Origin: an uncultured Bacteroides sp.
Lineage (GTDB): Bacteria > Bacteroidota > Bacteroidia > Bacteroidales > SM23-62
NCBI GenBank assembly: GCA_964431315.1
Contig: CAYSJH010000015.1
Coordinates: forward strand, 8,352-72,351
Reading direction: 5' to 3'
DNA length: 64,000 bases
Below, piece after piece: positions 18,795 through 26,405 of this stretch (position 1 is the first letter of the stretch; each line of letters opens with the position of its first letter). The notes under the pieces are model-generated. The model did no database searches, was not told the origin of the DNA, and was given only the letters and a program-made list of their open reading frames with translations. The translations under genes and the position numbers were made by a program.

Positions 18795-19553
18795 TTATGA
18801 GAAAAAGATCGGATCCTTCAATACCGCTTCATGATCCTTATTCAGCGGGAAGAGTTCAATGCCCACGCCACCCTTATATCCGAGTTTTGCTATTTCTGCA
18901 AGTACGTTGGGATAATTGATTTCGCCTGTCCCGATCTCATGCCTTCCCGGATTATCAGCAACGTGAAAATGGGCGATCTCGTCAAAATGGTCCCGTATGT
19001 TGTTGATGACGTTGCCCTCGGTGATCTGCTGGTGGTAAATGTCGAACAGGATCTTCACATGCGGGGATCCCACGGTTTTTGCGATCTGATAAGCTTCGGC
19101 TGTAGCGGACAAAAAATAACCCTTATGATCGTAGAGCAGGTTCAGGGGCTCGAATGCCAGTACGATGCCGGTTCCATCGAGCATTTTGGCAGCCTTCTTC
19201 AGTCCCTCGATCAGGCTTTCCTGCTGGTTTTCCCTTGCCACTCCCTCCAGTTCGTTCCCAACCTGCGAGATGATCAGGCCAGCCTTGAGTTTTTTAGCGG
19301 TTTCGATGGTTCTTCCCAGTCCATCGAGGTATTCATTGCGTTTTGCCGGATTGACGAGGGAGACGAAATGAGTGCAGAATCCCATGAGGTGCATCCCGTT
19401 GCGTTCGTTGGCCTCCGTTATCTCATCCAGGTTTTTATCCCACCAGACCCAGAATTCATAATTCCTGTAGCCGATCCCGGCGATCTTATCGATCCTTTGC
19501 CCGAAAGGAAGATCGTTGAAGAATATGTCCATGCAAGGTGAATATTTCAACAT
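18795..19553 (-). CDS. sugar phosphate isomerase/epimerase, xylose-isomerase-like TIM barrel (hydroxypyruvate-isomerase-like)
   Basis: This is a 252-aa cytoplasmic protein. The N-terminus MLKYSPCMDIFFNDLPF... and the blocks FEPLN, HFHVADNPGRHEIGTGEINY and GYKGGVGIELFP match the Hyi/AP_endonuc_2 fold family. Confidence 0.8.
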   Translation of the reverse strand: MLKYSPCMDIFFNDLPFGQRIDKIAGIGYRNYEFWVWWDKNLDEITEANERNGMHLMGFCTHFVSLVNPAKRNEYLDGLGRTIETAKKLKAGLIISQVGNELEGVARENQQESLIEGLKKAAKMLDGTGIVLAFEPLNLLYDHKGYFLSATAEAYQIAKTVGSPHVKILFDIYHQQITEGNVINNIRDHFDEIAHFHVADNPGRHEIGTGEINYPNVLAEIAKLGYKGGVGIELFPLNKDHEAVLKDPIFFS

Positions 19554-19569
19554 TTCTGTATGTATTAGG

Positions 19570-20607
19570 TTAGTATTTCAGAATGACGGCATTGCAATCC
19601 CCCGGCTTCCGGTCGATGAATTCCAGCGCCTTCGGAGAATCTTCGAAATCATACCGGTGTGAGATCAGCGGCTTGATGTCCAGCAGGCTCACCAGTTCGA
19701 GGGCTGCAGCCCGCCTGCGTGCCATATCCCAGGTATTGGAAAGTGCTGGCAGAATCCCCAGGATCTGGGAACACTGAAGGCTCACCCGCTTATGATGGAA
19801 TTCGTTACCCAGTTTTAACACACCCGCCGGGTCCTGGTAAAAGGAAAGGACAGTCACCTTTCCGTTATAAGCGGCGGCACGGATGGCTTCAGGCAGCGCC
19901 TGGATGTTCCCGGATACCTCGAACACCACATCTGCACCTTTTCCATCGGTATTTTCGTAGATCCTTTCAGCCACACGGCCTTTTGTATGGTCTATTACAT
20001 GGTCCGCGCCCATTTTCCCTGCCAGGTCCATCCGGTTTTTCAGTCCATCCACGGCAAAGACCTTTGCCCCGCTTCGCTTGGCCATCTGTACAAGAAGCTG
20101 GCCAAGGGTCCCGAGTCCAAAGACGGCCACATTGTCCATCAGCCGGATCCCTGCATCGAGGATCCCGTTGAAGGCAATCTCGATCAGCGCAGTAAGGGCG
20201 GCGTGTTCGGGATTGGTACCTTCCGGAAGTTTACTGGCAGTCCCTTCCGGGATCAACTGGTGGGTCTTATGAGCGACCTGTGAAAAAACCACATCACCGG
20301 GCTTCAGGTTCTTCACCTCGGGTCCCGATTCAAGCACCTCGGAAACATTCGCATAGCCCATCCACCAGACACCTTCCCCGTCGGATTGCATCGGATAGGT
20401 AATATTACCTGGCTTCTCGACGAAGAACCAGCCGGGTTCGATGCCATAATTCATCTGTGGGGCCGTGCCCCGGTAAAAACCCATTTCGGTTCCGGCGCTG
20501 ATGTTGCAGTAGAGGCTCTTGCAGAGCACCTGGTCTCCCGCAGGTTTTGGTGTGGGGACTTCCACGATCTCGGCTTTGCCAGCCACGGGGTAACGTAACA
20601 CTTTCAT
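19570..20607 (-). CDS. medium-chain dehydrogenase/reductase (alcohol-dehydrogenase-like), atypical: zinc ligands not evident
   Basis: It has a GroES-like N-terminus and the Rossmann motif VAVFGLGTLGQLLVQMAKRSGAKVFAVD. Where Zn-ADHs carry G-H-E this protein has MGYANV, and no Cys-rich structural-zinc loop is visible. Confidence 0.75.
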   Translation of the reverse strand: MKVLRYPVAGKAEIVEVPTPKPAGDQVLCKSLYCNISAGTEMGFYRGTAPQMNYGIEPGWFFVEKPGNITYPMQSDGEGVWWMGYANVSEVLESGPEVKNLKPGDVVFSQVAHKTHQLIPEGTASKLPEGTNPEHAALTALIEIAFNGILDAGIRLMDNVAVFGLGTLGQLLVQMAKRSGAKVFAVDGLKNRMDLAGKMGADHVIDHTKGRVAERIYENTDGKGADVVFEVSGNIQALPEAIRAAAYNGKVTVLSFYQDPAGVLKLGNEFHHKRVSLQCSQILGILPALSNTWDMARRRAAALELVSLLDIKPLISHRYDFEDSPKALEFIDRKPGDCNAVILKY

Positions 20608-20655
20608 TTAGTTTATTATTAGTTATTGGTTTATGTGAATGGGTGTTCCGCATAA

Positions 20656-22140
20656 TCATTCACTTCCTGCATTGAAATCCGGATTTTCAAGAGGTAATTT
20701 TGAATGGGTTTCCGCCAGGATCTTCATGAGTTCCGCATTCATATCCTCCACCACTCCGGGCATTTCCAATGCCAGGTTGTTTGTTTCGCTCAGGTCTGAT
20801 TTCAGGTTATACAATTCATAAGGAAGTTCTCCGTCCCACCATTTGATCAGTTTCCAGTCCCCCTTCCGGATAATGCTGTAGGGAACGGTATTGTCCCAGT
20901 CCCGGTAATGCGGATAATGCCACATCAGGGCATTGTGCACCGGCCGGGTTTGCTCTTCTTTCAAAACAACGAGAAAGCTTGTGCCATCGATCTGCAGGTC
21001 CACCGGTATATCGATGCCGGCGATTTCACAGATGGTCGGAAAAAAATCGATGCTGCAGAGGGGTTCGGAAGAAGTGCTCGAAGCCCTGACTTTACCCTGC
21101 CAGTATACGATCAGTGGGATGCGTATGCCGCCTTCATATGGAAAGGCCTTACCTGATCGTAGCGGGGAATTGTCCGTTGCATTCTCCTTGGTCAGTCCCC
21201 CGTTATCCGATGTAAAGATCACCAGGGTATTCTCCAGGATGCTCAGTTCCTCAAGGGTGGTAAGGATGCGGCCCACGGCATCATCGACGCTTTCCACCAT
21301 GGCGGCATAAACCGGGTTTTTATGGTTTGTCGGGGGTTTATCCCGGTATTTCCGGACCAGGGAATCCTTTGCCTGAAGGGGGACATGGACGGCATAATGG
21401 CACATGTTCAGGAAGAAGGGCCCGTCCCTGTGATCCCGTATGAATTTGACCGCCTCGTCCGATTCCCGGTCGGTGAGGTATTCCCCTGCTTTTCTCGGGG
21501 GAAGTGTAGGAATGCCGGGGATACTGTCGTAATAGAGCTCCGGTATTGGTCCCCTGTTATAGGGATCGAAATAGCTGGGCGGTTCGCCGTAATCGCACCC
21601 GCCGATGTTAAAATCAAAGCCTTGTTTATCAGGGTACCAGGGATCGGATCCCAGGTGCCATTTTCCGATGTGGCAGGTCGTGTACCCGGCTTTTTTGAGC
21701 ATTTCGGCAATGGTCACCTCCTCCAGTTCCATCCAAAGTGGATTCCTGGGGGTCAGAAATTTACGGTTCTTGCCCTCGGCAAGTTCATAGCCGGAGGGAT
21801 TCTCCTCCGGTATTACCTTTCCTCCCGGCTGGAACCTGGCCCGGATCCAGTCAGTAATGCCGATCCGGGAAGGATACCTGCCGGTCATGATGGAGGCGCG
21901 GGTGGGAGAGCACAAGGCGCAGGCGGCATAAAAATCCGTGAAACGCATCCCTCCCGCCGCCAGGTAGTCGATGTTCGGGGTTTCATAATACCCGCTCCCC
22001 AGGCAGCTGGCATCGGTCCATCCCAGATCGTCCACATTGATCAGAACGATGCTGGGAAGTAAACCATGTTTCCGGTTCACATGATTGCATGAGACTGATA
22101 CTCCGGCAATCAATACAGCGATAAGGAAACTGTACCTCAT
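20656..22140 (-). CDS. Cys-type sulfatase
   Basis: It has the signature CSPTRASIMTG, IVLINVDDLGWTD and GKWHLGSD. The ORF-track start at 22173 is a TTG. I prefer the ATG at 22140 (MRYSFLIAVLIAGVSVSC, a lipoprotein-type signal), which lies 20 nt after a TAACTTTG -7 box. Confidence 0.9.
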   Translation of the reverse strand: MRYSFLIAVLIAGVSVSCNHVNRKHGLLPSIVLINVDDLGWTDASCLGSGYYETPNIDYLAAGGMRFTDFYAACALCSPTRASIMTGRYPSRIGITDWIRARFQPGGKVIPEENPSGYELAEGKNRKFLTPRNPLWMELEEVTIAEMLKKAGYTTCHIGKWHLGSDPWYPDKQGFDFNIGGCDYGEPPSYFDPYNRGPIPELYYDSIPGIPTLPPRKAGEYLTDRESDEAVKFIRDHRDGPFFLNMCHYAVHVPLQAKDSLVRKYRDKPPTNHKNPVYAAMVESVDDAVGRILTTLEELSILENTLVIFTSDNGGLTKENATDNSPLRSGKAFPYEGGIRIPLIVYWQGKVRASSTSSEPLCSIDFFPTICEIAGIDIPVDLQIDGTSFLVVLKEEQTRPVHNALMWHYPHYRDWDNTVPYSIIRKGDWKLIKWWDGELPYELYNLKSDLSETNNLALEMPGVVEDMNAELMKILAETHSKLPLENPDFNAGSE

Positions 22141-22160
22141 GGGATTTTGTAGCATCAGAG

Positions 22161-22168
22161 CAAAGTTA
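22161..22168 (-). promoter_or_regulatory. Bacteroidetes -7 promoter box TAACTTTG (consensus TAnnTTTG)
   Basis: This is an exact match to TAnnTTTG on the minus strand, 20 nt upstream of the preferred sulfatase ATG (22140). Confidence 0.45.
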
Positions 22169-22195
22169 TCCAATCTGCCGCATGGAACCTGGGTA

Positions 22196-22227
22196 TAAAT
22201 GAACCAGAAATGTGTTCAAATGTTGCA
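22196..22227 (-). promoter_or_regulatory. phased triple-repeat motif, site A (candidate activator/operator site)
   Basis: The minus strand reads TGCAACATTTGAACACATTTCTGGTTCATTTA, with CATTT half-sites starting 10 and 11 nt apart. The 20-mer core ends 39 nt upstream of the -7 box. It is an 18/20 match to site B. Confidence 0.45.
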
Positions 22228-22244
22228 GGAGATAATAATTTCAG

Positions 22245-23456
22245 TTAACGGGTTATCATCACCCGGTAACACTGGATTGCGGATTTCAATTTCCGGGATG
22301 CGATCTGAACGATATGTATCCCTGCAGGATACTTCGAAACATCGCAATGATATTCTCCCTTTCGCATGTCTAAACACCTCTCCAGGCGCCCGTCTCCTGA
22401 AAATATTCTCAAGGAATACTCATCTGTCCCGTTATATTCAATGATCAAATCATGAGAGGAAGGATTAGGATACAACCGTATTAAATCATTCAGGTGAGGC
22501 TCAGATGCAGACTCCTGGACCTGATAATCTTTCCAAACAACATATCCCGGGTAAGCAAGCTCAATGGAGTACAGGTTTTTCCGGGCCGTGATGTAGAGCG
22601 TGGTAAGGTCTTTTCCACCGAAATCGCAGTTGGTGGGTGTCTCCGGGACGGCAATGGTCACCAGCCTTGTCCCGCCGGGCGAGAACACCTGGATACCCTT
22701 CGTTGTTGCGATGCAGATATTTCCCTGCATATCAATGGCCATGCCATCAGCCCCGGAGGAAGTCCCCCCGGAAGTCTCAAGAACTCCAAGTTCCTTCAGG
22801 CCGGAAATGCTCCCGTTTGTGGTGTCAACATCGGCCGAATACAGGTATTTGTTCTCCGTATCCACAACGTAGAGGGTCATTCCGTCCGGTGACAGGACCA
22901 CCCCGTTCGGTTTGGAAAAGTGATCGATGATCCTGCTCAGTTCGCCGGCCGGAGACAGGTAATAAACGGCTTCCTTGTCCTGCACCGGGGTAATCCCGAA
23001 GACAGGATCCGTGAAATAGATCCCTCCCCTGCGGTCGGCGATCAGGTCGTTGGTTGCATTGAAGGGAAGCTGGTTAAACGAATCTGCCAGGACGCTGATG
23101 ACCTGGCCATCCCCGTTCATGGCAACGATCCTAGACCGGGCTGATTCACAGCCGAGAAGCAGACCGTTCCGGTCAAGCGTCAGACCGTTGCACTTCTCCG
23201 AATTGTCCCGGAAAATGCTGAACAACCCGTTCTCCGGATCATACCTGTAGATACTCGCGGGCGTGGATGAAAGATCCGTGAACAGCAGGCAGGAATCTCT
23301 GTACCAGACAGGGCCTTCCACAAAGGAAAACTGGTCTGAACTGAGTTTCTGCACGACCGATCCACCCGGGATGATGTCTGCCTGGCCTAAAGAATTGATG
23401 GTAATGCCGGCGGAAAAAAGCGCAAGCATAAAGCTGAGGCATTTGTCTCTTTTCAT
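22245..23456 (-). CDS. SMP-30/gluconolactonase/LRE-like beta-propeller protein with T9SS C-terminal sorting domain
   Basis: It has a signal peptide. FVEGPVWYRDSCLLFTDL, NGLTLDRNGLLLGCE and PNGVVLSPDG are typical of the SGL family. The C-terminus LYPNPSSHDLIIEYNG...GIHIVQI... is a T9SS type-A CTD. Confidence 0.8.
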   Translation of the reverse strand: MKRDKCLSFMLALFSAGITINSLGQADIIPGGSVVQKLSSDQFSFVEGPVWYRDSCLLFTDLSSTPASIYRYDPENGLFSIFRDNSEKCNGLTLDRNGLLLGCESARSRIVAMNGDGQVISVLADSFNQLPFNATNDLIADRRGGIYFTDPVFGITPVQDKEAVYYLSPAGELSRIIDHFSKPNGVVLSPDGMTLYVVDTENKYLYSADVDTTNGSISGLKELGVLETSGGTSSGADGMAIDMQGNICIATTKGIQVFSPGGTRLVTIAVPETPTNCDFGGKDLTTLYITARKNLYSIELAYPGYVVWKDYQVQESASEPHLNDLIRLYPNPSSHDLIIEYNGTDEYSLRIFSGDGRLERCLDMRKGEYHCDVSKYPAGIHIVQIASRKLKSAIQCYRVMITR

Positions 23457-23543
23457 GGAAATGAATTTTTGCTGCTCCGGAAATTGCTGTCAGGTTAGCC
23501 GGAACAGGACTAAATTAATCAACTGCAGGGTTTACATGGTTAA

Positions 23544-23575
23544 CGGATGTACCATATATGTGTTCAAATGATGCA
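23544..23575 (-). promoter_or_regulatory. phased triple-repeat motif, site B
   Basis: The minus strand reads TGCATCATTTGAACACATATATGGTACATCCG. The 20-mer core ends 38 nt upstream of a -7-like TAATTTAG (23517-23510). It lies in the divergent region between the gluconolactonase-like gene and the fucosidase gene. Confidence 0.45.
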
Positions 23576-23646
23576 TCCCTGCGGATTGTATAAATCCATT
23601 GATTACATTTATGGGAATATTTTCCATTCAACTTATTAGTGCCTGT

Positions 23647-25098
23647 ATGAAAGTAAAAATTTTCTGCATATTATTTGCGCTGTGCAGTTACTGGCTCTCT
23701 GCCCAGGAATATCAACCCACCTGGGAATCCGTTGACAGAAGGCCTGTCCCGGAATGGTTCCGGGATGCCAAATTCGGCATTTTCATTCACTGGGGGGTCT
23801 ATTCCGTGCCTTCCTACCGCCCGGTGAGCAAGCAGATGTACCAGACCTATGCCGAATGGTACGAGGCCAGGGTGATGAACCCGGGGGACAGCGGATATAA
23901 TTTCCATGTCAAAAACTACGGGAAGGATTTTGCCTACCGGGATTTCGCCCCGATGTTCAGGGCCGAATTGTTCGATCCGGAGCTATGGGCCGGAATCTTT
24001 GAACGCTCCGGGGCAAGGTACGTCGTGCTGACCTCCAAGCACCACGACGGATTCTGCATGTGGCCCACAAAGTCCCCCTACTCCCGGTTCTGGAACTGCA
24101 GGGAGGCGGGACCCAAAAGGGACCTGCTGGGGGACCTGGCAAAGGCCGTCAGGGCGAGGGGACTGAAATTCGGCATATACTATTCGCTGATGGAATGGGA
24201 AAGCACCCCGAAAAACCATGAGTGGAGCGGCGGTGTCGGGGGGTACTACCTGCCGGATGAGATCATTGAAAAATACAGGATCCAGGATCCTGATTTTGTG
24301 GATAAACATATGCTCCCCCAACTGAAGGAACTGGTGATCAATTACCAGCCTTCCCTGATCTTTTCGGACGGGGAATGGGACCGGCCGGCCGAATACTGGA
24401 GGAGCCAGGAGTTTCTTGCCTGGCTGTACAATAATGCCCCGAACCGGGACGAGGTCGTGGTGAACGATCGCTGGGGAGTGGATACACGAGGTGTCCACGG
24501 GGGATATTACACGAGCGAATACGCCAGTGACCAGGATAAGCTGGGTGCGGATCACCCCTGGGAGGAAAGCAGGGGAATGGGACAGTCATACGGGTTCAAC
24601 CGCGCCGAGAACATCGATGATTACAATTCATCTGAAGACCTGCTGAGGGAACTGGTCAGCATCGTCAGCCGGGGAGGGAACCTGCTGCTCAACATCGGTC
24701 CCACTGCGGACGGCCGCATCCCGGTCATCATGCAGCAGAGGCTGATCGACATCGGCAACTGGCTCAGCGTGAACGGAGAAGCCATTTACGGCTCGGTTGC
24801 CTGGGACATGTCATCGATGGAAATCCCCGGAGAAACCAGTGAAAACAACGGCGACAGGCTTTATTTCACGCGCAGGGGAAACGATCTCTATGTCATCGGT
24901 TTCGGATTGCCTCAGCAGGACCTCCGGATACCCGGGTTGAGGCATGCTAAAAGCATGGAAGCCACGGTTCTCGGCAGCGATTGCGTTGTCCGGACACGCT
25001 GGAAAGGGGATGACCTTATCATCCGGGACCCGGCATCCCTGAAGGAACATATACCTTGTTCGGAGGCATACGCAATCCGGCTTCGCGGGGTACTCTGA
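23647..25098 (+). CDS. alpha-L-fucosidase, glycoside hydrolase family 29
   Basis: GH29 blocks are present: FGIFIHWGVYSVP, LTSKHHDGFCMWPT, LIFSDGEW and GGNLLLNIGPTADG. The ORF-track start at 23599 is a TTG. The ATG at 23647 gives a clean signal peptide (MKVKIFCILFALCSYWLSAQ). Confidence 0.9.
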   Translation: MKVKIFCILFALCSYWLSAQEYQPTWESVDRRPVPEWFRDAKFGIFIHWGVYSVPSYRPVSKQMYQTYAEWYEARVMNPGDSGYNFHVKNYGKDFAYRDFAPMFRAELFDPELWAGIFERSGARYVVLTSKHHDGFCMWPTKSPYSRFWNCREAGPKRDLLGDLAKAVRARGLKFGIYYSLMEWESTPKNHEWSGGVGGYYLPDEIIEKYRIQDPDFVDKHMLPQLKELVINYQPSLIFSDGEWDRPAEYWRSQEFLAWLYNNAPNRDEVVVNDRWGVDTRGVHGGYYTSEYASDQDKLGADHPWEESRGMGQSYGFNRAENIDDYNSSEDLLRELVSIVSRGGNLLLNIGPTADGRIPVIMQQRLIDIGNWLSVNGEAIYGSVAWDMSSMEIPGETSENNGDRLYFTRRGNDLYVIGFGLPQQDLRIPGLRHAKSMEATVLGSDCVVRTRWKGDDLIIRDPASLKEHIPCSEAYAIRLRGVL

Positions 25099-25150
25099 AA
25101 GGAAAAATCAGACAAACAAATTCATCAATGCTGGTATCAACGAAGGGTTA

Positions 25151-25465
25151 TTAAGCTACATTCAAGATCTCAATTCCCGAGTTCATTATTTCAACTGCAA
25201 CCGGATTGTTTTCTGAGAAATCCTCCTCATCAAATGGATGAGGCTCAATTCTAAGATCAATTTTCCGTCTCCTTCTGAATAACTCTATCTGCATTTCAAA
25301 GAAATCATCCATGTGACCCACGACAACAGCGATATCAATGTCACTTTCTTCCCTCTGAGTACCCTTTGCATAGGACCCAAATAAATAGGCTCTTTTAATG
25401 TTAATGTCTGCAGGAAGGCTCGACAGATACTTTCTGGCAATATTTACAGCTGATTCAGTAACCAT
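25151..25465 (-). CDS. minimal nucleotidyltransferase (MNT-type, NTP_transf_2) - putative antitoxin partner of HEPN
   Basis: It is 104 aa with the canonical motif LFGSYAKGTQREESDIDIAVV (GS-x9-11-DxD). It overlaps the upstream HEPN gene by 22 nt. Confidence 0.85.
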   Translation of the reverse strand: MVTESAVNIARKYLSSLPADINIKRAYLFGSYAKGTQREESDIDIAVVVGHMDDFFEMQIELFRRRRKIDLRIEPHPFDEEDFSENNPVAVEIMNSGIEILNVA

Positions 25466-25845
25466 TGTCTTAACTGCTCAATTTTTGATTTCCATTCAAG
25501 AGCAAATTCCTGAGTGCAGAGTTTATAAAAATCTTGTTTAAAGTTATCATACCTGGCATTTAGATTAAATGTGGTAATCCTATCAAGCCACTCTTCCATG
25601 CTGGGGTCTATATCCAAATTAAGACTTGAAGTTAACCTGAGCAGATCATGGCCATAGACCGCGTGCTTTCTGTGTACCTTTACATATATCGCCTTCAACA
25701 ACTTCTCTACTACTAAATGACCAAGAAACATCGCCCAGTGATAATCACCAGATTTCATGAGATTTTCCATAGTTCTGAAATCCATATCTGATGAATCCAC
25801 CCAATAACTAATAACCTTCTGGATATCAATAGTTCCTTCTGACAT
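25444..25845 (-). CDS. HEPN domain protein (PF05168-like)
   Basis: It is 133 aa and helical. RKHAVYGHDLLRL fits the Rx4-6H / HDLxxL HEPN core, and a downstream ARYDNF (RY) motif is present. It is paired with an NTase gene. Confidence 0.8.
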   Translation of the reverse strand: MSEGTIDIQKVISYWVDSSDMDFRTMENLMKSGDYHWAMFLGHLVVEKLLKAIYVKVHRKHAVYGHDLLRLTSSLNLDIDPSMEEWLDRITTFNLNARYDNFKQDFYKLCTQEFALEWKSKIEQLRQWLLNQL

Positions 25846-25850
25846 TAGAG

Positions 25851-25858
25851 CAAATATA
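25851..25858 (-). promoter_or_regulatory. -7 promoter box TATATTTG immediately upstream of the HEPN gene
   Basis: This is an exact TAnnTTTG match on the minus strand, only 5 nt before the ATG at 25845. That implies a leaderless or near-leaderless transcript. Confidence 0.35.
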
Positions 25859-26023
25859 CAATAAAAGTAAGTTTGACTCCCAGGTTTTTTGTGTGGGTAA
25901 CAACAGTCGAAGGGGAAATATAAACCGAAATCATCGAAAAATACCGCATCCCCGCCCCTGATTTTATCTGGTTCCGTGGCCTTTTATCATTTAATCACCA
26001 TGTTTTATATAAGGCTCCTCGGC

Positions 26024-26404
26024 CTATAGGTCCCGGTAGGCCAGACCGAACATTATGCATGCACCCAGGCCGAAGGGAGTGCCTTCCCTGACCTCACGCT
26101 TGAAATAATAGTTCCGGTCACCTATGCAGGTCCCTGCGCAAACATTTTTCAGGGTCGTATAATCCCTGTCAAGATTGACCAGGCTGTACCGGAGAATCCC
26201 GTTATATGCCCGGTCAACCACCGGCCGGTAGATGGCCGCATTTATGAGGCCAATGTTGATTCCTCTCGCCAGTGCATACCCGAACATGGCCGTATAGGAA
26301 CTTTCTCTCCAGTTGAAATCAATCCGGTTTTCCCGTATCCGGCAACCAGGCATAGCTATGAGTGCGAACAGGACGGAGAAGTTGATTTTGCCGTATTTAA
26401 TCAT
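26024..26404 (-). pseudogene. GH105/GH88 (unsaturated glycuronyl/rhamnogalacturonyl hydrolase) remnant: signal peptide fused to the C-terminal ~100 aa
   Basis: MIKYGKINFSVLFALIAMPGC (a lipoprotein signal) is followed directly by ...SSYTAMFGYALARGINIGLINAAIYRPVVDRAYNGILRY...VCAGTCIGDRNYYFKR...GLGACIMFGLA. This matches only the last helices of the (alpha/alpha)6 GH105/GH88 fold, and ~250 aa of catalytic core are missing. Confidence 0.6.
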
Positions 26405-26405
26405 G

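Noticed and set aside
25100-26023. Whether the HEPN/NTase islet is part of a recognisable mobile element.
   Set aside because: There is no transposase, integrase or tRNA target. The only flank similarity I noted was a short shared 7-mer (CGAAGGG), which is not convincing as a direct repeat.
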